Source of the DNA: Terriglobia bacterium
GTDB taxonomy: Bacteria > Acidobacteriota > Terriglobia > Acidiferrales > UBA7541
Reading direction: 5' to 3'
NCBI GenBank assembly: GCA_963695545.1
Contig: OY968796.1
Location: 1,408,001-1,472,000, forward strand
Length of the DNA stretch: 64,000 nucleotides
The notes under the pieces were generated by a model. The model did no database searches. It had not been told where the DNA came from and saw nothing but the letters and a program-made list of their open reading frames with translations. Shown one piece after another: positions 1 to 11,027 of the stretch (positions are counted from its first letter, which is position 1; each line of letters opens with the position of its first letter). Position numbers and translations under genes: made by a program.

Positions 1-124
1 GTCTTGGCGCAGGGCGCCCCGATCGTTTTTCGATCGTTCGGGCGTCGCTCGCAATTTGATTCTTTTCGCGCCGAGTGAGTTGCAAAGGTATTCTAAGGGG
101 TGCGCTCGCGTGGGCGATAGTGTG

Positions 125-151
125 GGAACTGCGAGCGCCTCAAAAGCGTAA
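125..151 (+). promoter_or_regulatory. Possible ECF-sigma promoter (GGAAC-N17-CGTAA) upstream of the ABC permease pair
   Basis: GGAAC at 125-129 and CGTAA at 147-151 with a 17-nt spacer, about 45 nt upstream of ATG 197. Confidence 0.35.
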
Positions 152-196
152 CTTAAAGCGCCGGGTGACGTACTAACGGCCGAGGATCCGAAGAAG

Positions 197-1453
197 ATGT
201 TCTGGAAGCGCGGCAAATCCGGAGGCACGGGCGTGGCCGTCGGCGAGACTCTGCTTCTCGCCCTCGACACGCTGCGCGTGCACAAGCTGCGGAGTTTCCT
301 CACGCTGCTGGGAATTATTTTGGCCGTCACCACGCTGGTGGCCGTGATGTCGATTGTGAACGGGCTGAATCTGTACGTTGCGAGCAAGATCGCCAATCTC
401 GGCGCGAACAGCTTTGTGGTGGCCCGCTTCGGCATCATCACCAACGCGCAAGAATGGTTCAAAGCACAGAGCCGGCCATACGTGGCCGCGAGCGATCTCG
501 ATTTACTGAAAGACCGCATGCAACTGGCCTCGCAGATCGCGGCCGTGGAAGATTCCACGCACGACGCACGTTACGGAAACGTGCTGAATGAAAATGCGGA
601 TCTGATCGGCGCGACCGCAAACTACGGGGACATTCGCAGCATCGGCGTGGCCTTGGGCCGCGGCATCACGCCTTCGGATGATGCGCACCACGCATCGGTC
701 TGCGTGCTGGGCGCCGACGTGGCCGCGAAACTTTTTCCGAACGAGGATCCGTTGGGCAAAACGATCCGCGTGGAATCCGAGAGCTACCAAGTGGTGGGCG
801 TGGCGGCGACCATCGGCAGCGTGCTGGGAATCTCGCTGGATAATTTCGTGATGGTGCCGTTTCGCACGTATGAAAAGCAGTGGCACACGCCGACCGGCTC
901 GATCACGATGTTCGTCGAAGCCAACAGCGGAGATCAAATGGACGCCGCGGCGGACGAGGTGCGCATGATTTTGCGCGCGGCTCGCCACGTTCCGTATGAC
1001 GCCCCGGACGATTTTGGAATCATCATGCCCAGTTCGATCATGAATCTTTGGCAGGAAATCACGGGCAATATTTTCGCCATCGCCGTGTGGCTCACCTCAG
1101 TGTTCCTGGTGATCGGCGGCATCGTGATCATGAACATCATGCTCGCCAGCGTCACCGAGCGCACGCGCGAAATCGGTATTCGCAAAGCGCTCGGAGCGCG
1201 CCGGCGTCACATCATCCTGCAATTCCTTTTGGAATCGGCAACGCTCTCGGCGGTCGGCGGCGTGATGGGCCTCGCGCTGGCGTTGGGGATTGCGGCGCTC
1301 GTTCGCGCGACAACATCGATGCCGATTTCGACTCCCTGGAGCGTAATCGCGACGGCCCTTGCCATGTCCACCACCGTGGGATTGTTCTTCGGGATTTATC
1401 CGGCAGTGCGCGCGTCGCGCCTGGATCCGATTGTGGCCTTGCGCGCGGAATAA
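197..1453 (+). CDS. ABC transporter permease, MacB/FtsX family
   Basis: N-terminal KLRSFLTLLGIIL, periplasmic domain, GGIVIMNIMLASVTERTREIGIRKALGA, C-terminal LDPIVALRAE. Confidence 0.93.
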   Translation: MFWKRGKSGGTGVAVGETLLLALDTLRVHKLRSFLTLLGIILAVTTLVAVMSIVNGLNLYVASKIANLGANSFVVARFGIITNAQEWFKAQSRPYVAASDLDLLKDRMQLASQIAAVEDSTHDARYGNVLNENADLIGATANYGDIRSIGVALGRGITPSDDAHHASVCVLGADVAAKLFPNEDPLGKTIRVESESYQVVGVAATIGSVLGISLDNFVMVPFRTYEKQWHTPTGSITMFVEANSGDQMDAAADEVRMILRAARHVPYDAPDDFGIIMPSSIMNLWQEITGNIFAIAVWLTSVFLVIGGIVIMNIMLASVTERTREIGIRKALGARRRHIILQFLLESATLSAVGGVMGLALALGIAALVRATTSMPISTPWSVIATALAMSTTVGLFFGIYPAVRASRLDPIVALRAE

Positions 1454-1506
1454 ACGGCTAGCGAGAGCAACGGAAGTCGACCGTAGGCTACGAGGGAATA
1501 CCGCCA

Positions 1507-2745
1507 ATGGCGCAGGACGTTAAGGAAAATCTGGTGCTGGCGTTCGACACGCTGCGGTCGCACAAGCTGCGCAGCTTCCTCACGATCTTAGGGGTGATCA
1601 TCGGCGTATCCGTGCTCATGCTGGTAGGCGCGCTGATCGCCGGCTTCAACCAGAGCGTGGTGGACAACATCACCAGTTTCGGCGGCGATTCTGCGTACAT
1701 CTCCCGGCTCAATTCGGGGCCTACCGTCACGCGTCCCACCAAGGAGCAACTCGAGCGCAAGCCGCTCACCGTGGAAGATGCCGAAGCAATTGCGCAGAAT
1801 CCGCACGTGAAAGCGGTCACCGCGTGGATCGGCTTTTGGCAGGTGTCGCACAACGTGTTCTACCAAACTAACGAAGTGGACGCCGTGGATTTCCGCGGCA
1901 CGTTCGCCAACTACCCCGAGGTCTACGCCAACGCCGCGATGCAGGAAGGGCGGTACTTCACCGATACCGAAAACGAGCATCGTGAGAAAGTCACCGTGCT
2001 CGGCCACGATGTCGCGAAGGCTTTGTTTGGCACTTTGCCCGCCGTGGACAAGGAAGTACGCATCGACGGCTCAACGTTCCGCGTGGTCGGCGTGCTCGAA
2101 AGACCCAAGGGAAATTTCGGCGCAAATGATGAAGACCGCCGCGTGCTGATCCCGCTCGACACGTTTATGGAAATCTATCCGGCCGCCAACGAAATCAGCA
2201 TGCGCGTGCAAGGCCTCACGGGAATGCTGGATCAAGCCGTCGACGAGACGCGCGAGACGTTACGCCGCCGGCGCCGCGTGCCATACAACCAGCCCGATAA
2301 TTTCTCCATTCAAACCGCCGAAGAATCCGTCGAGCAATTCCATCAGATCATCGGCATGGTCGCGCTGGCTATGGTGGTATTGAGCTCGATCGGTTTGCTG
2401 ATCGGAGGCGTTGGCGTGATGAATATCATGCTCGTCAGCGTCACCGAGCGCACCCGCGAAATCGGCGTGCGCAAAGCCATCGGCGCGCGCCGCCGCGACA
2501 TCGTGCGGCAATTTTTATTCGAAGCCGTGGCGTTGACGGGCACCGGCGGCGTTCTCGCCGTTGCGATCACCGGCGGAATCATCGTGCCCGTGATTCGTTG
2601 GACCACCTTGATGAAGGCCGTGATTCCGGCGTGGGCCATTGCGATCGGCCTAGCGGCGTCGATCTCGGTTGGTCTGATATTTGGCGTGTGGCCCGCGGCG
2701 CGCGCCGCGCGTTTGGATCCGGTGGAAGCGTTGCGCTACGAGTGA
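1507..2745 (+). CDS. ABC transporter permease, MacB/FtsX family (tandem paralogue)
   Basis: KLRSFLTILGVIIGV, GGVGVMNIMLVSVTERTREIGVRKAIGA, LDPVEALRYE. Confidence 0.93.
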   Translation: MAQDVKENLVLAFDTLRSHKLRSFLTILGVIIGVSVLMLVGALIAGFNQSVVDNITSFGGDSAYISRLNSGPTVTRPTKEQLERKPLTVEDAEAIAQNPHVKAVTAWIGFWQVSHNVFYQTNEVDAVDFRGTFANYPEVYANAAMQEGRYFTDTENEHREKVTVLGHDVAKALFGTLPAVDKEVRIDGSTFRVVGVLERPKGNFGANDEDRRVLIPLDTFMEIYPAANEISMRVQGLTGMLDQAVDETRETLRRRRRVPYNQPDNFSIQTAEESVEQFHQIIGMVALAMVVLSSIGLLIGGVGVMNIMLVSVTERTREIGVRKAIGARRRDIVRQFLFEAVALTGTGGVLAVAITGGIIVPVIRWTTLMKAVIPAWAIAIGLAASISVGLIFGVWPAARAARLDPVEALRYE

Positions 2746-2795
2746 AAACGCTCGTTTTGGTACGCTTCGATGGATTGGGCTGTTCCGCAACGACA

Positions 2796-2842
2796 CCACA
2801 ACATCTAGACACTTTGGACACCGACACCCGAATATTTTGTAT
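2796..2842 (+). promoter_or_regulatory. Tandem NrdR boxes
   Basis: CCACAACATCTAGACA (2796-2811) and CCCGAATATTTTGTAT (2827-2842) resemble the NrdR consensus acaCwAtATaTwGtgt; 31-bp spacing; directly upstream of the nrdJ promoter. Confidence 0.75.
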
Positions 2843-2859
2843 TTTTTTGCAAAACCCAC

Positions 2860-2888
2860 TTGACAGCTTTTCGCGATCTCTGTAGATT
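2860..2888 (+). promoter_or_regulatory. sigma70 promoter for the nrdJ transcript
   Basis: TTGACA 2860-2865, 17-nt spacer, TAGATT 2883-2888. Confidence 0.7.
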
Positions 2889-2893
2889 GCGCC

Positions 2894-3230
2894 CTCAGAT
2901 TCGGAGAATCGTATTCGGGACGGCGCGACTCCTTTTCACCCCGGGAACCGCTGGCCGAACCGAAACGTAATCGACCGGGTTTCGCCCAAACAACGAGGGG
3001 GCTTCCCTTTCCCTCCCCGTCGCCAGCCCGATGCTTCAGGCCGGCGAGGCGCTTTCGAAGCGGCAGTGCGCGTCATGAAAATCGCGTGCAACCGCTGCGT
3101 AGGAGTTGCGTCGTCTTCGGACGCATTTGGGTACCTTGGGACGATTTTTCGAATCCAGCGGCGCCTGCCTGAGAATCAGGCACCGCGAACTCCTAATACG
3201 CAATTAGGAGTACAATAGACGGGTTCGCAC
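2894..3230 (+). ncRNA. Candidate structured cis-regulatory leader RNA upstream of nrdJ
   Basis: Two nested 15-bp long-range helices with G-U pairs (2898-2912/3141-3155 and 2919-2933/3101-3115) plus several local hairpins; no convincing ORF. Confidence 0.5.
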
Positions 3231-3267
3231 ACCGACGAGCCCGCCGGCCTGCGCGGAGGCGGAAAAC

Positions 3268-6117
<2,850 letters not shown>

Positions 6118-6215
6118 GGGCCGCAACTGGCCGCGATCGCGGAAACATCCGCAACGGAGATCGGCGTGCGCCGGGGGCGTAGCGCGCGCCGCATTCCAAA
6201 AAGTTCCTGATAGTC

Positions 6216-6701
6216 ATGACCGCGCCGGCGATCGAACCCGTGCTTCGCGTCGGGCAATTAATTCCTCCGCTCGCCGCGCGCGCCCCGGATGGCACGCCGG
6301 TCCAGGCCTGGGACTTCCGGCAAAAACGAAATCTCGCCATCGTGTTTCTGCATTCAGAGTGCGTCACCTGCGCGGGGTTCCTCGAGCGCCTCGCGCGTCG
6401 CGCCGCGGATTTTCCTGAGCGCGATGCAGCCGTCCTGGTGGTCTTGTCGCACTTGCCTCTGCCGGGCAGCTCTCTCCCCGCGCCTCTCGTGCTCACCGCC
6501 GATCCCACCGGCAATTCCAGTGTCCATTATTTTGGGAAGAAGGCGGCAAACGCGGGCGGCCCTGGCCCGGTCGGAGTGTTCCTAGCCGACCGCTACGGCC
6601 AGCTTTCGATGCAGTGGGTAGGCGGCGAGGCGAGCCAACTGCCCAGCGCCGAAGAGATCCTCGGGGGTCTTCTAGAAACGCAGCATGCCGGAGAAGGATG
6701 A
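6216..6701 (+). CDS. Redoxin/AhpC-TSA-like thioredoxin-fold protein
   Basis: LRVGQLIPPL...WDFRQKRNLAIVFLH followed by CVTC; GVFLADRYG motif. Confidence 0.65.
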   Translation: MTAPAIEPVLRVGQLIPPLAARAPDGTPVQAWDFRQKRNLAIVFLHSECVTCAGFLERLARRAADFPERDAAVLVVLSHLPLPGSSLPAPLVLTADPTGNSSVHYFGKKAANAGGPGPVGVFLADRYGQLSMQWVGGEASQLPSAEEILGGLLETQHAGEG

Positions 6702-6750
6702 CGTCGTTCGCGACATCCGAGACGCTCGGGGTGTCGGCTGGAAGCGCTTA

Positions 6751-6787
6751 GAAAAGGAAAAGGGGCCCCACCCCGGGCCCCTCTTTC
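6751..6787 (-). terminator. Intrinsic terminator (U-rich tail on the minus strand; possibly bidirectional)
   Basis: Stem AGGGGCCC 6761-6768 / GGGCCCCT 6775-6782; the minus strand continues TTTCCTTTTC. Confidence 0.75.
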
Positions 6788-6871
6788 TTACTTGCACTCA
6801 CCCCGTCCCGCCGTAGCGGGACATTAACCACCACCCCTACAGCCACCCCGGGAAAAAAACCGAACTCTTGC
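6751..6871 (-). ncRNA. Candidate sigma54-dependent small RNA of about 120 nt with four GGGGUG motifs
   Basis: Lies between a sigma54 promoter and a terminator; C(UACG)G hairpin at 6805-6822 on the minus strand; CACCCC on the plus strand at 6769, 6799, 6832 and 6844. Confidence 0.65.
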
Positions 6872-6881
6872 CCATTACTAG

Positions 6882-6897
6882 TGCAAGTGCCATGCCA
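6882..6897 (-). promoter_or_regulatory. sigma54 (RpoN) -24/-12 promoter
   Basis: Minus strand reads TGGCATGGCACTTGCA versus consensus TGGCACG-N4-TTGCW, with exact GG/GC spacing. Confidence 0.75.
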
Positions 6898-7033
6898 GCC
6901 GCAGGTCGCGTTCGAAATACCTCGTAACTCATTTTATTCTAGTAGGTTAGCCACATAGCGGCGCCGGCGTGTGCTACCGCCGGCGCGAATAGCCCTATGC
7001 TTTCTCACAAACCAGAAGCCCGCGCCTACAAAC

Positions 7034-7052
7034 TTTGGGAGAATTCTCAAAA
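7034..7052. promoter_or_regulatory. Palindrome, candidate upstream activator site for a sigma54 enhancer-binding protein
   Basis: TTTGGGAGAATTCTCAAAA contains the perfect 10-bp palindrome GAGAATTCTC, about 170 bp upstream of the predicted +1. Confidence 0.4.
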
Positions 7053-7076
7053 TGGGCTCCCCCGGGACAACTTCGC

Positions 7077-8417
7077 CTACGCCCCGATCGCCGAATGGAT
7101 CGCCGCCGCCAGCGCCTTGGCCCACCGCGCGACGTCCTTTTCGCGCTCGGCTTCCACCATTACCCGCACTTTCGGCTCAGTGCCCGAATACCGCACCACC
7201 ACGCGGCCTGCGTCTCCCAGCGCCCGCGTGGCCTCGGCAAATACGCGCGCGAACGCCGGCAGCGAATCGAGCGGCGGTTTCGAGATCACCTTCACGTTAA
7301 CGATGGTCTGAGGAAAAATCTTGAGCCCGCGCATCAGATCGTCGAGCGGCCCGCGCAGCGAGACAAGGCAAGCCATCTTGAGCGCGGTCAGCAACCCGTC
7401 GCCGGTTGTAGCATCGTCGAGGAAGATCACGTGACCCGATTGCTCGCCGCCCAAATTGCATCCGCCGCGCAGCATTTCTTCCAGAACGTAGCGGTCGCCG
7501 ACCGGCACGCGGGCGAGCTTTAGGCCGTCTGCCGCCAGAGCGCGCTCCAGGCCCAGATTCGCCATGATCGTTCCCACTACGCGCGCGCATTTCAGCTGCC
7601 CGGCGGATTTCAGATAGCGCGCCGCGGCCAGCAGCACGCCGTCTCCATCGACGACGCGTCCGGTCGAGCTCACGAACACGGCGCGGTCGGCGTCGCCGTC
7701 AAAGGCCGCGCCCAGCGCGGCGCCCGTTTCCAGCACGGCCTTGCGCAACGCATTCGGATGCAGCGAGCCGCAATCCGCATTGATGTTGCGCCCATTCGGC
7801 TTGTCGTGGATCGCGGTCACCTCGGCTCCGAGGGAGCGGAATAATTCCGGACCAAGCGTCGATGCTGCGCCATTCGCGCAGTCGAGCGCGATTTTCATTC
7901 CCTCGAGATTCGCGCCGGGAATTGCGCGCGATCGCAAAAAATCCAGATACTCGCGCCCCAACGACGGTTCCGAATGCATTTCCGCGCGTTGCGCGGTTCG
8001 CGGCCCGATCGCGCTCAGAATCTCCTGCCCGAGGCGTGCTTCCACTTCGTCGGGGAATTTCATTCCCGTCGCGGCGATTAGTTTCACGCCGTTGTCGTGA
8101 TAGGGATTGTGCGAAGCGGAGATCACCACTCCTGCGGAAAATCCCTTGGCGCGAACCAGGTGCGCGACGCCGGGTGTGGTCAGCACGCCGGCCGAAGTGG
8201 CGGCGATGCCATCTTCGGCGAGGCCCGCGGCGATTTCTTGCGCGATGTGCGGGCCCGATTCGCGCGTGTCCATGCCCACGAGCACGCGCGGCTTCGTTTC
8301 GCGCTGCAGCAGAAAATGGCCCAGCGCCCGCCCGACGCGATACAGCGTGTCGTCATCGAGCGGGGGAGTGCCGGGTACGCCGCGAATTCCATCGGTTCCG
8401 AAAAGTTCTTTTGGCAT
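7077..8417 (-). CDS. glmM: Phosphoglucosamine mutase
   Basis: LFGTDGIRG, VISASHNP, FDGDADR, GGEQSGH, RYSGTEP. Confidence 0.96.
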   Translation of the reverse strand: MPKELFGTDGIRGVPGTPPLDDDTLYRVGRALGHFLLQRETKPRVLVGMDTRESGPHIAQEIAAGLAEDGIAATSAGVLTTPGVAHLVRAKGFSAGVVISASHNPYHDNGVKLIAATGMKFPDEVEARLGQEILSAIGPRTAQRAEMHSEPSLGREYLDFLRSRAIPGANLEGMKIALDCANGAASTLGPELFRSLGAEVTAIHDKPNGRNINADCGSLHPNALRKAVLETGAALGAAFDGDADRAVFVSSTGRVVDGDGVLLAAARYLKSAGQLKCARVVGTIMANLGLERALAADGLKLARVPVGDRYVLEEMLRGGCNLGGEQSGHVIFLDDATTGDGLLTALKMACLVSLRGPLDDLMRGLKIFPQTIVNVKVISKPPLDSLPAFARVFAEATRALGDAGRVVVRYSGTEPKVRVMVEAEREKDVARWAKALAAAIHSAIGA

Positions 8418-8508
8418 TGCGCCGGTCCGCGCGGAGCACGCTGCTTCAAAAGGATGGACGGCCCATTCGGGTCATGAGGCTCAGTCGGCGAAGTGTACCA
8501 CGGCGCGA

Positions 8509-8919
8509 CTAATCGCCATGCGCCGGCGGCGGAGCGCGTCGCGGCGAGATCACAATTTGAAAGTCCGACGGCGAGATACGCGCCACCGTTGCCCCGAATG
8601 GAACCTCCACCATTTGCGGATCGAGGTGTACGCCGAGGTCACCGGGCTTCGCGTTGCTCAGATCCACGCTCACGCTCAAGTCGCTGGTCGTCAAGCGCCG
8701 GACTAAAGCCGAGCGGCCGCGCACGCGCACGTGAATCGTCGTGGGAACGTCGCTCGAGATTTCAAGCGTCGGCGGAATGTTTACGAATTCGAGCGGCAGC
8801 GCAAACCCCACCTCGGAGATGGGCTCGTCCGTGTACGTGGTCCACAGCACGCAGGAAATCGCCAGGGCCGCGAGTTTCAGCCACCAGTTGGGGAAGATGT
8901 ATGTGCGCAGCCAGCGCAT
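8509..8919 (-). CDS. cdaR: CdaR/YbbR-domain regulator of diadenylate cyclase (single YbbR domain)
   Basis: N-terminal TM segment NWWLKLAALAISCVLW, one YbbR-like beta domain, located between cdaA and glmM. Confidence 0.8.
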   Translation of the reverse strand: MRWLRTYIFPNWWLKLAALAISCVLWTTYTDEPISEVGFALPLEFVNIPPTLEISSDVPTTIHVRVRGRSALVRRLTTSDLSVSVDLSNAKPGDLGVHLDPQMVEVPFGATVARISPSDFQIVISPRRAPPPAHGD

Positions 8920-8922
8920 AAT

Positions 8923-9759
8923 TTATTTCCTCAGCGCCGCCGTCGGCGCGCCCGCTCCTGCCAGCGTCTGTCTGCGGCGGCCCGTCAGCGAAATCAAACG
9001 CTCCTGCAGTTGATCGGCAGTCACATCGAGTTCGATCCCCCCGCCCGTGGCTATGGAAATCGCGCCGGTCTCTTCCGAGACCACCACGGCAATGGCATCG
9101 CTTTCCTCCGTGATGCCGATCGCGGCGCGGTGGCGCGTGCCGAGCTGATTTGAGAGAGCCGGGTTCAGCGAGAGCGGCAGAAAGCACGCCGCGGCACAAA
9201 TGCGGTCACGCTGCAGGATCACCGCGCCGTCGTGCATCGGCGAGCCGGGACGAAAGATCGCAATCAGCAGGTCGTAGCTCAGATTGGCGTCGAGCGCGAT
9301 TCCGCTTTCGATGTACGTGCTCAGGCTGACGTCTCGTTCGATCACCACCAGCGCGCCGATTCGATTCTGCGAGAAATGGCCCGCAGCGAGAACCAGATCG
9401 TCGTACGGCGATCCGGTGCGCTGCCCCAGTAAGTGGCCGAACGAGAACTGGCGGCCGAATCGTGCCAGCGCCCTGCGAATTTCCGGCTGGAATAATACGA
9501 TCATGGCGATCGCAAAATACGGGAGCAGCGTCGTCAGCAGCCATTCCACCATGCCCAGACGCGCCCAGCGCGCGCCTTCATCGAGCAGGAACAGCAAAAG
9601 CAACGCCACCGCCATTTGCAGACCGCGCGTGCCGCGCAACAATTTCAGCAGGTAGTAGATCAAAACCGCAATGATCAAAATGTCCAGCGCCGAGCGCACA
9701 TTCAAGCGCCCGAGCGGCAGGCTAGGAAGGAGTGCGGCGAGCCCACTCATGGGAGTCAC
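8923..9759 (-). CDS. cdaA: Membrane-bound diadenylate cyclase
   Basis: Three N-terminal TM segments, FQPEIRRAL, catalytic HDGA and GTRHRAA, VVSEETG; the start may instead be ATG 9750. Confidence 0.93.
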   Translation of the reverse strand: MTPMSGLAALLPSLPLGRLNVRSALDILIIAVLIYYLLKLLRGTRGLQMAVALLLLFLLDEGARWARLGMVEWLLTTLLPYFAIAMIVLFQPEIRRALARFGRQFSFGHLLGQRTGSPYDDLVLAAGHFSQNRIGALVVIERDVSLSTYIESGIALDANLSYDLLIAIFRPGSPMHDGAVILQRDRICAAACFLPLSLNPALSNQLGTRHRAAIGITEESDAIAVVVSEETGAISIATGGGIELDVTADQLQERLISLTGRRRQTLAGAGAPTAALRK

Positions 9760-9929
9760 TGCCTACCCTAGCGCGGGTTCGCGCGAGGGGCAAGCGCGCT
9801 TGTGTCCCCTGGGAAACCGAGCTCGGCGGGGGAGGGTGTTGCAGGCAACAGCGAAGTTTCGTTTTTTGGCAACATACCGGCGTTGCTGTACGCGGCCGAT
9901 TCTAGCCTCATGGTAATGTGAATTCAGCC

Positions 9930-10991
9930 ATGCTCGTCGACAATATTCGATTCACGGCGCGCCCGAATGCGACGCAGCGGATCATCGCCGTCGCGATCGT
10001 CTTCGCGTGCCTCTACGTGGCTTCAAGCGTGGTGATGACGCTGTTGCTGGCCATTTTGGCCGCTTACTTTCTCGATCCGTTGGTCGGGGCGCTCGAGCGC
10101 ATGCGCATTCCGCGCGCAATCGGTTCCTTGCTCGTTCTGCTTGCGGCCATCGCGCTTCTCGTGTGGTTCGGCTACTTGATCTCCTCACACGCCAGCGCCT
10201 TCGCCGAGGATTGGCCGCGTTACAGTCAGGTGCTTCGCCGGGAAACGGTCACGCTCGACAACAATCTAGCCGCCGTCGAAAAGCAGGTCGGCGCCGTCGG
10301 GCCCGGAGTGGACGATCGCAACCGCCCCACCATTCGCGGTGAAGAACTACAGTTGCTTCGCGAGGTATTTCTGCGCGGCGTCGGTTCGATCTACTCGATC
10401 CTGCTGCTCGTCACGTTCCTTCCCTTCCTGATTTTCTTCATGCTCGCGGCCAAGCGCCGGATTTGGCGCTCGACGCTGCAATTGTTTCCCGAAGAAGAAC
10501 AGCCCAGCGTTGAAGAAGCGCTCGGTCAGGTCAGCGCGATGTTGCGTGGCTACATGGTCGGAAACGCGCTGGTCGGTTTGATCCTGATGTTCGCCAGTGG
10601 ATTATTTTTCTGGATGATGCATCTGGATTATCCCTTCCTTGGCGGCGTGGTTTCGGGCCTGCTGAACATGATTCCGTATCTCGGCGCGGTGCTCGCTTGG
10701 CTTCCGCCGTTTCTGATCGGCATGGCGCAGTGGCAGAGCGTCGGTCCGTTCCTGTGGATTGCCGGGGCGCTCTTGACGTTCCACATCATCGCGTTGAATT
10801 TGCTCGTGCCCGCGATGGTCGGCCGGCGCGTGCAGTTGAGCGCCCTGGCCGTCACCGTCGCGCTGCTATTCTGGGGCTGGTTGTGGGGCGCGATCGGATT
10901 GATCTTGGCGATTCCGATCACGGCGACGATCAAAGTAGTTTGCGATCACGTGGAAGATTGGCGGCCGATCGGCCGTTGGCTGGGATCTTAG
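9930..10991 (+). CDS. AI-2E family transporter
   Basis: Multiple TM segments; LAAYFLDPLV, NMIPYLG, FWGWLWGAIGLILAIP; start uncertain (9918 or 9930). Confidence 0.88.
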   Translation: MLVDNIRFTARPNATQRIIAVAIVFACLYVASSVVMTLLLAILAAYFLDPLVGALERMRIPRAIGSLLVLLAAIALLVWFGYLISSHASAFAEDWPRYSQVLRRETVTLDNNLAAVEKQVGAVGPGVDDRNRPTIRGEELQLLREVFLRGVGSIYSILLLVTFLPFLIFFMLAAKRRIWRSTLQLFPEEEQPSVEEALGQVSAMLRGYMVGNALVGLILMFASGLFFWMMHLDYPFLGGVVSGLLNMIPYLGAVLAWLPPFLIGMAQWQSVGPFLWIAGALLTFHIIALNLLVPAMVGRRVQLSALAVTVALLFWGWLWGAIGLILAIPITATIKVVCDHVEDWRPIGRWLGS

Positions 10992-11027
10992 CGGTGCCCT
11001 TCGCGATTTTCTCCGCGCGAGCCAACG

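Noticed and set aside
2894..3230. Canonical cobalamin riboswitch or 6S RNA
   Set aside because: No recognisable B12-box or conserved core. The element is longer and more branched than 6S RNA. Kept only as an unknown structured leader.
6934..7125. 63-aa minus-strand ORF after glmM
   Set aside because: It overlaps the glmM end, has no protein features, and the region is better explained as sigma54 upstream regulatory DNA.
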